Virus record (IMG/VR): IMGVR_UViG_3300034349_000012
Coordinates: 1-33,273 of that record
Source of the DNA: a virus
Lineage: Duplodnaviria > Caudoviricetes
Strand: one strand, 5' to 3'
DNA length: 33,273 nucleotides
The notes beneath the pieces are model-generated. The model saw nothing but the letters and a program-made list of their open reading frames with translations. It was not told where the DNA came from and made no database searches. Position 1 is the first letter of the stretch; each line of letters begins with the position of its first letter. The position numbers and the translations under genes were made by a program. Positions 9,129 through 16,252 of this stretch are shown in pieces.

Positions 9129-10071
9129 TGCTTGTCACCTCCGGCGTATCAAATTTATTAAGATCAATATTGTTTATTGAATCTATCAGTAAATCTAAAT
9201 TACCTTTATCAACTGCGTTTGTGCCTCTAGCCTGCGCTAATTTTAATTGTTCTCTATATAATTTTAATTTTTCTATTTCTATTAATCGCTTGTTATCATC
9301 TTCCATGAATCCATTGTATTTACTCAAAACTTCCAATGCTTTCATTTTGTCGTGCATTTTTAAACTTGTCCCATTTTCGGTGATCCTAATTTCTTGTATC
9401 GGTCCACCTTCCATAAGATCCCCATGTTTTAAATTTGCGTAATCATAATCTATGTAAATTTTTTTGCCTTTGTCATTAACTGTTAATTTCTTTTTTCTTC
9501 CTACATCCATATAGTTTGTTATATCGCTAAATGCTATTTTCATATATTCCATAAGAATTTTTTCTCTATTAACATCTACTTTTATAATCATTTCATTCCG
9601 CATTTTTGTTATCTCTGCGCTAATGTTAGGTTTTGTTAACAATTCAGATGCAATGGATCTTGCAGTTTTTTTACTATATCCTGCTGCAATCGCTGCCCTT
9701 GTAGCGTTAAAATCAATTAATAATTCGTGGCAAAATATCAATTGTTTGCCTGTTAAACCGGTCCCCGCCGGCGCCTCTGTTGCATTATTTTGGCCCGCGT
9801 GTTGCAAGTTTTCGTTATTGTTTAACTTGTTATCGACTGTTGCATTTTTCTGTTGCACTGTTGCATAATGTTTTATAGGTTTTTGTACTTTTGGCGGCTC
9901 TGTTGCGTTTTCTGTTGCATTAATTGGATCTATATCATCCCATCTATCGCGCGCTTTCTTGCTTCGCAGCGTGTTGCAATTAACATTAAATTTCGTTGCA
10001 AGATCTTGCAAACTTATTTTACCTTCTGATTGGATATAATCATTTTTTATAAGATCCCAATTAATACGCAT
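9121..10071 (-). CDS. terS: Terminase small subunit with N-terminal HTH
   Basis: LTGKQLIFCHELLIDFNATRAAIAAGYSKKTA motif and KMHDKMKALEVL; likely ATG 10071. Confidence 0.9.
   Translation of the reverse strand: MRINWDLIKNDYIQSEGKISLQDLATKFNVNCNTLRSKKARDRWDDIDPINATENATEPPKVQKPIKHYATVQQKNATVDNKLNNNENLQHAGQNNATEAPAGTGLTGKQLIFCHELLIDFNATRAAIAAGYSKKTARSIASELLTKPNISAEITKMRNEMIIKVDVNREKILMEYMKIAFSDITNYMDVGRKKKLTVNDKGKKIYIDYDYANLKHGDLMEGGPIQEIRITENGTSLKMHDKMKALEVLSKYNGFMEDDNKRLIEIEKLKLYREQLKLAQARGTNAVDKGNLDLLIDSINNIDLNKFDTPEVTSND
9778..10000. repeat. Cluster of (T)GTTGC(A) direct repeats inside terS (candidate pac region)
   Basis: Copies at 9778, 9800, 9838, 9851, 9859, 9901, 9913, 9972, 9994. Confidence 0.55.
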
Positions 10072-10087
10072 TACCACCACCCTCTTT

Positions 10088-10405
10088 TTATCTGTTTATT
10101 TTTTTAATATCAAAACTTTTTATATTATTTAAACATTCTTTACATACAATTTTGTTTTTAAATTTTATAACGTTTACATGTGATCCACAAAATATGCAAT
10201 ATGGTTTAAATTCTGTGAATATTATCTGGTCATTATTAACGCCTATTTCAAATTTAATTCTATCCATCCAATCAAAACCCAATTTATATTTTATTTTAGA
10301 AGGTATCAAAACACGCCCCAACTGGTCAATATGCCTTATAAATACTATTTTTTTATTGCTCTTTAAAGGAATAATATTCTCAAAATTGTTTATTTTATTT
10401 TCCAT
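10088..10405 (-). CDS. AbrB/MazE/SpoVT-family regulator with C-terminal CxxC...CxxC
   Basis: IRHIDQLGRVLIP and CIFCG...VCKECL, as in clostridial AbrB homologues. Confidence 0.85.
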   Translation of the reverse strand: MENKINNFENIIPLKSNKKIVFIRHIDQLGRVLIPSKIKYKLGFDWMDRIKFEIGVNNDQIIFTEFKPYCIFCGSHVNVIKFKNKIVCKECLNNIKSFDIKKINR

Positions 10406-10563
10406 GGTCTGATCCTCTTTTCTGTTTCTTATTTTATAGTTTATTATACATTTAATTACATTTAATTTAATTATTAGTAAAATGTTTTTAATCTAATTAA
10501 CAATTACTGGGTTTATTATAATACCATTCTATTATTATTTGTCGTAAATAACAACATAAAAGT

Positions 10564-10598
10564 AAAAAAAAGTATTACGCTTATGTAATACTTTTTTT
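10564..10598. terminator. Bidirectional terminator
   Basis: AAAAAAAGTATTAC-gcttat-GTAATACTTTTTTT. Confidence 0.75.
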
Positions 10599-10767
10599 AA
10601 TCTTCAATTTTTCTTATTATTTCTTTATCGTCGAAATTAAAAATTCCACTTTTTTTATCTAATACCACAAATATAGTATATTTTATTGCTACAATTCTAC
10701 CCTTTATTTTTCTACCCATATAAAGTATTTCTACTCTATCCCCATTCTTTAAATCATTCATATTCAT
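10597..10767 (-). CDS. Small KOW/SH3-like hypothetical protein (not in ORF track)
   Basis: MNMNDLKNGDRVEILYMGRKIKGRIVAI..., 56 aa, ATGA overlap with the upstream stop. Confidence 0.6.
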   Translation of the reverse strand: MNMNDLKNGDRVEILYMGRKIKGRIVAIKYTIFVVLDKKSGIFNFDDKEIIRKIED

Positions 10768-11396
10768 TCGCTTAATGCCCTTCTTTCGGCGGTTCTGGCT
10801 CGCAAATCTGGCATAAATAAAATCTCTTTTGGTATTTGAAATATAGTTTCAAACTTATCTTTTATAATTTCTTTTGGCTTTTTATCTGTATATAAAATTC
10901 GTTGGATCATCTTTAAACTTAATCCCATTTCATTAGCTAACATATTTAAATTTATTTGATATAACCAAATCAAACCAAATATTAGTGGCTTATCAACTTT
11001 TCTTTTGGCCGCGGTTAAATCATGCCGGCCGGTATTACCTTGTTTTATTAAAAGATCTTTGATAGGTTGCGGGTTCATACTAGCATAATGACTAAATAAT
11101 ATTTCCTGCTGCATATTAAAATAAAATGTTATCTTGCACATATTAACATAATTAGGTGTAGCGTCTTTATATATCCATGTATCTACACTCTTTTGTGTTA
11201 CCCCGCAATAATTTGCAAGATCAACTGTTTTACAATCAAACGCATAAAGCAATGCTAATATAAATTTATTGCGGACCTTTAAATGATCTATTTTAATGTA
11301 TCGCGTTTTCGTGCTGCCTTTGCATAAATTTTTATGATAATATTCGTCATTCATAAACGGTAATATCTTTTTTTTAATTGCTTGATCCATGGCCAC
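10764..11396 (-). CDS. Tandem XRE-type HTH DNA-binding protein
   Basis: Two repeats: DLANYCGVTQKSVDTWIY..P...YFNMQQEILF and MLANEMGLSLKMIQRILY..P...IFQIPKEILF. Confidence 0.75.
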   Translation of the reverse strand: MAMDQAIKKKILPFMNDEYYHKNLCKGSTKTRYIKIDHLKVRNKFILALLYAFDCKTVDLANYCGVTQKSVDTWIYKDATPNYVNMCKITFYFNMQQEILFSHYASMNPQPIKDLLIKQGNTGRHDLTAAKRKVDKPLIFGLIWLYQINLNMLANEMGLSLKMIQRILYTDKKPKEIIKDKFETIFQIPKEILFMPDLRARTAERRALSE

Positions 11397-11431
11397 GCCT
11401 CCTATACTTTAGTAACACTTCTGTAATATTA

Positions 11432-11686
11432 TTATATATTATCTGAATCTAAAAACATATAATAATTTTTGTTAAATTCATCCCAAATTAATTTTTTAGC
11501 TGCTGCGGTTTCTTGTTCTACTATCTCTCTTTTTTTAATAACTTCTTTTTTGGAATTTATTTTGCGCTGCATCTTAATACGCATAATTAAAAGTGTTGAA
11601 GGATCTTTATGTAGCTTATAAAGATTGTTGTATTTATCTTCTAATTCTTTTAATTCTTTATGTAATGTATCTAATAGTTTCCGCAT
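11432..11686 (-). CDS. Hypothetical coiled-coil protein
   Basis: 84 aa, SD GGAGG. Confidence 0.6.
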   Translation of the reverse strand: MRKLLDTLHKELKELEDKYNNLYKLHKDPSTLLIMRIKMQRKINSKKEVIKKREIVEQETAAAKKLIWDEFNKNYYMFLDSDNI

Positions 11687-11758
11687 ATAATGGCCTCCTT
11701 ATATTTGTAACATTAATATAACACTAATATAACACTATTGGATAAATAAATAAATAAA

Positions 11759-11795
11759 AAATGCAGCTGCGAATATTATTTTCCGCTGCTGCATA
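11759..11795 (-). terminator. Terminator-like hairpin after the rep operon
   Basis: AATGCAGC...GCTGCATT stem with an adjacent A-run (T-run on minus). Confidence 0.55.
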
Positions 11796-11867
11796 TTATA
11801 AAATAAATCATTCTATCATAATTCTAATGTTTTTATAATTCATGGCGGCGCTCCTGCCGCTATTAAA

Positions 11868-12227
11868 CTATTTTAAATTGTTGGTATACTCTTCCCGCTC
11901 TTTCCTATGTTCCTTTTCCAATTGATGTTTTATAAATTTCGTGCTTGTATTAAAACTAGGGAAATAATACATATCAAACTTAAAACTAAATTTTAAACAT
12001 TCTAACGCTCTAATTGTCATAAAATTAGGGTTGCTTTTTGCTAAATAATTAATCATTCTTTTTCTTTTTTTTATTTCTTCTTTACGTTTTTTTATTTCTT
12101 TTTTATTTACTTTAATATCATCTTCTAAATCATTTTCTAGCTGTATTATTTCCCCCGCCTCAACTAAAACTTTATTATATTGCATATTTTCAATAAATAC
12201 GTGATCTTGGTATTCGTTTCCATCCAT
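11868..12227 (-). CDS. Hypothetical protein downstream of rep
   Basis: 119 aa, SD GAGGAG. Confidence 0.6.
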   Translation of the reverse strand: MDGNEYQDHVFIENMQYNKVLVEAGEIIQLENDLEDDIKVNKKEIKKRKEEIKKRKRMINYLAKSNPNFMTIRALECLKFSFKFDMYYFPSFNTSTKFIKHQLEKEHRKEREEYTNNLK

Positions 12228-12252
12228 TTTTGTTTCTCCTCTGTTTTTAATA

Positions 12253-13257
12253 TTATTTTTCTTCTGGATCTTCTATAAAACTAAACTCAATGCTATCAAA
12301 ATTAATTTCAAGATCTTTTAAAACTTTTGTAATAATGTCTAAATGTTTACTTTTAACAATGCCTAGAATAAAAGTATTATCAGATGAAATGTTTAATACT
12401 TGATCTTTAAATTCAAATATTAATGGCTCTATAAATGATATATAATGCGGTTCTGTCATTGTTTTATGAATGTTATTTTTTATTTGTGTTATTAAATCTA
12501 TATCATTTTCTGGCATATCAATTTTGCTTTGCTCCATTTCTTGCCCATTAAACATTAATTTATTCCTATTCGGATCAACTTTTTTAATTAAAAATTTAAT
12601 TTTTTTAACTGCGGTTCCTTCTTTTATTAATTGATAGGTAAAATTAATATCACTTTTAACATTAATTTCTTTTTCTGCCGCCTCTAAAACATTAACCCTA
12701 AACGCCGAAAATAAGCTATAACTTTTTGGGCATATTAATTTTTCTTTTAGATCTTCTAATCTATCAATTCTATATCCTGTGTTTTGGTATTTTTTTAAAT
12801 AATAATAAAATCTTTGTGAATATATATTTTTAAAATTTAAAGGAATCTTTATATCATAAAATATAGCTTGCTTCATTTCGTTAAACATTTGTTTTACTTC
12901 TGGATGCAAATCTACTAATATTTTCCCTTCTGTTTTTATATATTTTATTTTTGGGAACCATACATAAAATGTTTCATCAACAAATTTGCCATTATTCTCA
13001 AATAATCTAAATCCTTTCCCTTCCATTGTGCTTACTGCTTTTTTTAAAGTATCATAAATATTATCCTTTTTTGTACTAACATCATAAAGTTTTATATAAT
13101 CCTTAATGTTAATTTCATAGCTTAAATTATCATCCACTTTAATTAAACCTAATACCATGTCTAAAATATCATTTTCATTTTTAGATAGTTTAAATCTTGC
13201 CTCTAAAAATTGTTCTGGCCTGCCGCAAACTAAGTTACCACCTTGTTTTTTCTTCAT
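12253..13257 (-). CDS. Plasmid replication initiator (Rep_3/RepB family) with DnaA-N-like C-terminal domain
   Basis: EARFKLSKNE, WF..IKY...G, K..YSQRFY..LK, F...VLE.A..EIN.KSDI motifs; adjacent iterons. Confidence 0.85.
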   Translation of the reverse strand: MKKKQGGNLVCGRPEQFLEARFKLSKNENDILDMVLGLIKVDDNLSYEINIKDYIKLYDVSTKKDNIYDTLKKAVSTMEGKGFRLFENNGKFVDETFYVWFPKIKYIKTEGKILVDLHPEVKQMFNEMKQAIFYDIKIPLNFKNIYSQRFYYYLKKYQNTGYRIDRLEDLKEKLICPKSYSLFSAFRVNVLEAAEKEINVKSDINFTYQLIKEGTAVKKIKFLIKKVDPNRNKLMFNGQEMEQSKIDMPENDIDLITQIKNNIHKTMTEPHYISFIEPLIFEFKDQVLNISSDNTFILGIVKSKHLDIITKVLKDLEINFDSIEFSFIEDPEEK

Positions 13258-13366
13258 TTGTTAAACCTCCATTTATTTAATAATATTACAATAACATATA
13301 TAATGTAAAATGTAACTGTATTAATTTACATAAAAAAGGTGGTTTTGTAATTTACATTATCATTTC

Positions 13367-13455
13367 ACCGGATTATACTATACATTCATACCGGATTATA
13401 CTATACATTGTAACCGGATTATACTATACATTCATACCGGATTATACTATACATT
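13367..13455. repeat. Four iterons (replication origin)
   Basis: ACCGGATTATACTATACATT x4 at 13367, 13390, 13413, 13436 (23-bp period), upstream of rep. Confidence 0.9.
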
Positions 13456-13498
13456 ACCCTATTGCAATCTATGGCTGTCACTGGCTTTGATGCCCCCC

Positions 13499-13546
13499 TA
13501 TTATCTTAGTTATTATCTTATCTATTATATTAGTTATTATAGTAGT
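13499..13546. repeat. AT-rich repeats, candidate DNA-unwinding element
   Basis: TATTAT(C/A)TTA(G/T)-like 12-mers about 45 bp from the iterons. Confidence 0.55.
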
Positions 13547-13704
13547 ACAAAACCGCCCTCTTTTTATCTCGATTTTTTTAATCTCTAAATTATTTTATAC
13601 ATTGATAAAATAGGCCATAATTTAATTAACAAATATAGTGTCGTTTTATGAATGAAAATGTTTTCAGAATATTTGTAATATATTTACTATAAAGTGCTAT
13701 ACTT

Positions 13705-13842
13705 GAAATATCAGTTTTCCTCTGATTTCACTTATTGTAAAGTTGGTTTTTTGTATAATGGTTCTTTAAAAATAACTTTCACACAAAACACTATATGTTT
13801 ATTTTCCCCCCATGGGAAATATTAAAACATATGGTGTTTTTT
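13705..13842 (+). ncRNA. Putative ~140-nt structured RNA divergent from rep
   Basis: TGcTATACT (13695-13703), two hairpins, then a long terminator stem 13785-13842. Confidence 0.45.
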
Positions 13843-14115
13843 GTCGAATATAGATTAAACCACAACTAGTACATAATAAATTAAAAACATTTTCCGGCGC
13901 TGCGCGGGTTTTGCTGTTCAAGATGCCATAACTTCAACCCTAAACAAAATTATAAATAACCTAAGTAATGGTATCAATATTATATAAAAATCAATCTGTG
14001 GCCATCTGTGGCCTTTAGAATTATATTTCTAATACAATACTCTGGGTATATTATTTTAAAATGGATGTAGCGGTTATAATTTGATTTATTTAATGTTTTC
14101 CGCTCCCAAATAGGA

Positions 14116-14230
14116 TATAATAATAAATAGGATCTATCGACGGTTTAACATCCCATCATAGATTACTAAATATAATGTCAATTTACTTATTCGATAGATA
14201 GAAAAGTATGGATGCTCACCATGCTTTTTT
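14116..14230 (+). ncRNA. Small-RNA cassette 1
   Basis: TATAAT 14116; GGATCT-opened stem; TTACTAAAT 14163; unique segment; terminator AAAAGTATGG/CCATGCTTTT+T. Confidence 0.55.
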
Positions 14231-14241
14231 ATTTTGTTTTA

Positions 14242-14371
14242 TGATATAATAATAGCGGAATCTTTTAATAGTTTTATTCAAACAATTCTATTAAAAAATT
14301 ACTAAATAGACTATGTAACATTTTAACATTTTAATTTCACTCTTTGCAGCGGACTTGATAAAACCGCTGCA
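14242..14371 (+). ncRNA. Small-RNA cassette 2
   Basis: TGaTATAAT; GGAATCT; stem TTTTAATAG/CTATTAAAA; TTACTAAAT 14299; hairpin TGCAGCGG/CCGCTGCA (weak T-tail). Confidence 0.6.
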
Positions 14372-14381
14372 TATGTATTTA

Positions 14382-14530
14382 TGATATAATAAAAATGGAA
14401 TCTGTTAATAGTATTTTTACGGTGATTATGCCATTAATAGGTTACTAAATATAATTTATGTTTGTCTAATATTTTTACCTTGTCCCAATAAACGCCGCGG
14501 CTGTGATGATCCGCGGCGTTTATATTTTTA
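14382..14530 (+). ncRNA. Small-RNA cassette 3
   Basis: TGaTATAAT; GGAATCT; stem AATCTGTTAAT/ATTAATAGGTT; TTACTAAAT 14442; terminator ATAAACGCCGCGG/CCGCGGCGTTTAT. Confidence 0.6.
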
Positions 14531-14695
14531 TTTATTTTTTATTTTAATTAACGCGTCGCATTTTAACCCTGCAATTAAACACGCCATTGTTATTTTATCT
14601 ATCTCATTAGAATCTATTATTATACTTTCTTCTATCAATCTATCTAATATTTTTAAATATATGCTATCTTCTTTATTATTTTTGCTGCATATCAT
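14528..14695 (-). CDS. Small hypothetical protein (not in ORF track)
   Basis: MICSKNNKEDSIYLKILDRLIEES..., 55 aa, SD GGAGG, ATGA overlap. Confidence 0.55.
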   Translation of the reverse strand: MICSKNNKEDSIYLKILDRLIEESIIIDSNEIDKITMACLIAGLKCDALIKIKNK

Positions 14696-15252
14696 CTGTT
14701 AACCTCCAATTTATTTAATATAGATCCATCCATTGCAAAGATCTTAACGCTTATTATTTTATGCGGTGTATTTGCTATATATATATCCCATTCGATAATC
14801 CCTTTATTTAAACTTTTTGCAACATCTTCTGATCCATCCTTTGCAGCTTTAGCGCTTAAACTCGTATATACTTCTAAAAATATATTACCCTTGGTACCTC
14901 TTAAAGCATTGATAGATAAAAACACGCCCTGCCACGCGTCACCCTTATAAGTTTTATCAATAGTCTTTTGAATAACTGCTCCGGCTCTTTCTTGAAATGC
15001 TTTATTTTGGTTGGCCTCAATTGTTTCTGGAATAACTTTAACAACTTCCTTTACTGCAATTGGTGTTACTTTTGTGTTAATTGGTGTTACCGTTTTAACT
15101 GCTGTTGATGGCGCTGTATCATTCCCATTAACAAAACTTAAAACTATTAATAATAATATTGATGCAAAAAACCATCTTCTTTTATAAAACTTTTTTCCTT
15201 TATCTGCCTTAAAAAATGGTATAATAGATTTTATAAAGTATTTCATTTTCAT
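14692..15252 (-). CDS. Single-pass membrane-anchored extracytoplasmic protein
   Basis: KKFYKRRWFFASILLLIVLSFV TM segment, Thr/Pro/Val linker, globular C-terminus; architecture common in prophage surface/exclusion proteins. Confidence 0.65.
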   Translation of the reverse strand: MKMKYFIKSIIPFFKADKGKKFYKRRWFFASILLLIVLSFVNGNDTAPSTAVKTVTPINTKVTPIAVKEVVKVIPETIEANQNKAFQERAGAVIQKTIDKTYKGDAWQGVFLSINALRGTKGNIFLEVYTSLSAKAAKDGSEDVAKSLNKGIIEWDIYIANTPHKIISVKIFAMDGSILNKLEVNR

Positions 15253-15287
15253 TTGTATGATCTCCTTTATAATTTATTTTTAGTAGG

Positions 15288-15312
15288 ATGCAGCGGGTTA
15301 ACGCTGCATTTT
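15288..15312. terminator. Terminator-like hairpin
   Basis: ATGCAGCG-ggttaa-CGCTGCAT followed by T-run. Confidence 0.55.
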
Positions 15313-15316
15313 AATT

Positions 15317-15655
15317 TTACTTTGTGTTGTCTGCTTGATCTTCTGATGCTAACCCATAACTAAGATGATCATCTTTAAAATTTTTCATTTCTTCATCATT
15401 TCTTTTTATATTTTCTTCGTCTTGGATCTCTTCATCTGACAAACCATAATTTTCTTCTTTATCATATTTTTTTACTTTGTCCGGCGGTTCAAAATTTTCT
15501 TGATCTTCACAATCTTTGCAATAATATTTACATTCTAATAATTTTAAATCTTCATAATCAAAACCATTTTCATTATATTCTGCATTTTTACATTCTATAC
15601 AATTTTGGCATTGATTGGTGCATATATCGCATAAACAATTTTTGCATAAATCCAT
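15317..15655 (-). CDS. Cys-rich, highly acidic hypothetical protein
   Basis: CKNCLCDICTNQCQNCIEC N-terminus, D/E-rich C-terminus. Confidence 0.65.
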   Translation of the reverse strand: MDLCKNCLCDICTNQCQNCIECKNAEYNENGFDYEDLKLLECKYYCKDCEDQENFEPPDKVKKYDKEENYGLSDEEIQDEENIKRNDEEMKNFKDDHLSYGLASEDQADNTK

Positions 15656-15679
15656 GTATTCACTTCCTTTCTATTTTAA

Positions 15680-15889
15680 TTAAACTTTTAAAAATAAATT
15701 TTTATAATGGTTCATGTCCTTAGTAATTGCATTTGTTAAATAGTCTATTACATCACCGCATTTATTATAATGTTGTAAATTCCATTCATCATCTTCTGGA
15801 TGCACTCCATTAATTTCTGCTAAATATGCCATCTGAGATATTTTTAATTCTTGAATTATAGTTTTTATATAACTTTCTTCAATGTCCAT
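15680..15889 (-). CDS. Small acidic hypothetical protein
   Basis: 69 aa, SD GGAG. Confidence 0.6.
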   Translation of the reverse strand: MDIEESYIKTIIQELKISQMAYLAEINGVHPEDDEWNLQHYNKCGDVIDYLTNAITKDMNHYKNLFLKV

Positions 15890-15904
15890 TAATCTACTCC
15901 TTTA

Positions 15905-16195
15905 TTAATCATTTGCAAATAAACTTAATAAAAATTTTGCATCATGCTCATTTAATGAAATTTGATGTACTTCCGTTATTTTATTTTTAATATCTGTTGT
16001 ATAAAATCTTGAAATTGATATTACTTTTCCACCGCAACATTTTACATATAATTCTATGTCAACCGAACCACAACTATTAAATTCTATTTTTTTATTAACT
16101 AATATATATTTTTGTGTTTCATCTGTGCAATCACTATTTTTTTCATATAAATATTTATCAATAAAATCATTAACTATTAATTCTTTTTCTTCCAT
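15905..16195 (-). CDS. Small hypothetical protein
   Basis: 96 aa, SD AAGGAG. Confidence 0.6.
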   Translation of the reverse strand: MEEKELIVNDFIDKYLYEKNSDCTDETQKYILVNKKIEFNSCGSVDIELYVKCCGGKVISISRFYTTDIKNKITEVHQISLNEHDAKFLLSLFAND

Positions 16196-16214
16196 GTGAT
16201 CCGCTCCTTTATGG

Positions 16215-16247
16215 TATTACGTACGTAATATTATAACTACGTACGTA
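16215..16247. promoter_or_regulatory. Twin palindromic operators flanking a -10 box
   Basis: TATTACGTACGTAATA (16215-16230) and TACGTACGTA (16238-16247) either side of minus-strand TATAAT (16230-16235). Confidence 0.55.
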
Positions 16248-16252
16248 TATTT

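Noticed and set aside
11808-11861. 11-aa ORF MNYKNIRIMIE with SD in a GCGGC/GCCGC hairpin loop
   Set aside because: Too short to support without conservation or ribosome profiling data
13367-13455. Possible CRISPR array
   Set aside because: Spacers are only 3 nt and the repeats sit upstream of a Rep gene, so they are iterons
13861-14035. Possible dif/Xer-like resolution site and TCTGTGGCC tandem repeat
   Set aside because: Only weak resemblance to dif arms; cannot be supported from sequence alone
14110-14535. Canonical CRISPR array or peptide-coding repeats (e.g. MESVNSIFTVIMPLIGY at 14395-14448)
   Set aside because: Repeats are not identical, each unit has its own promoter and hairpin, no cas genes are present, and the start codon and frame are not conserved in units 1-2
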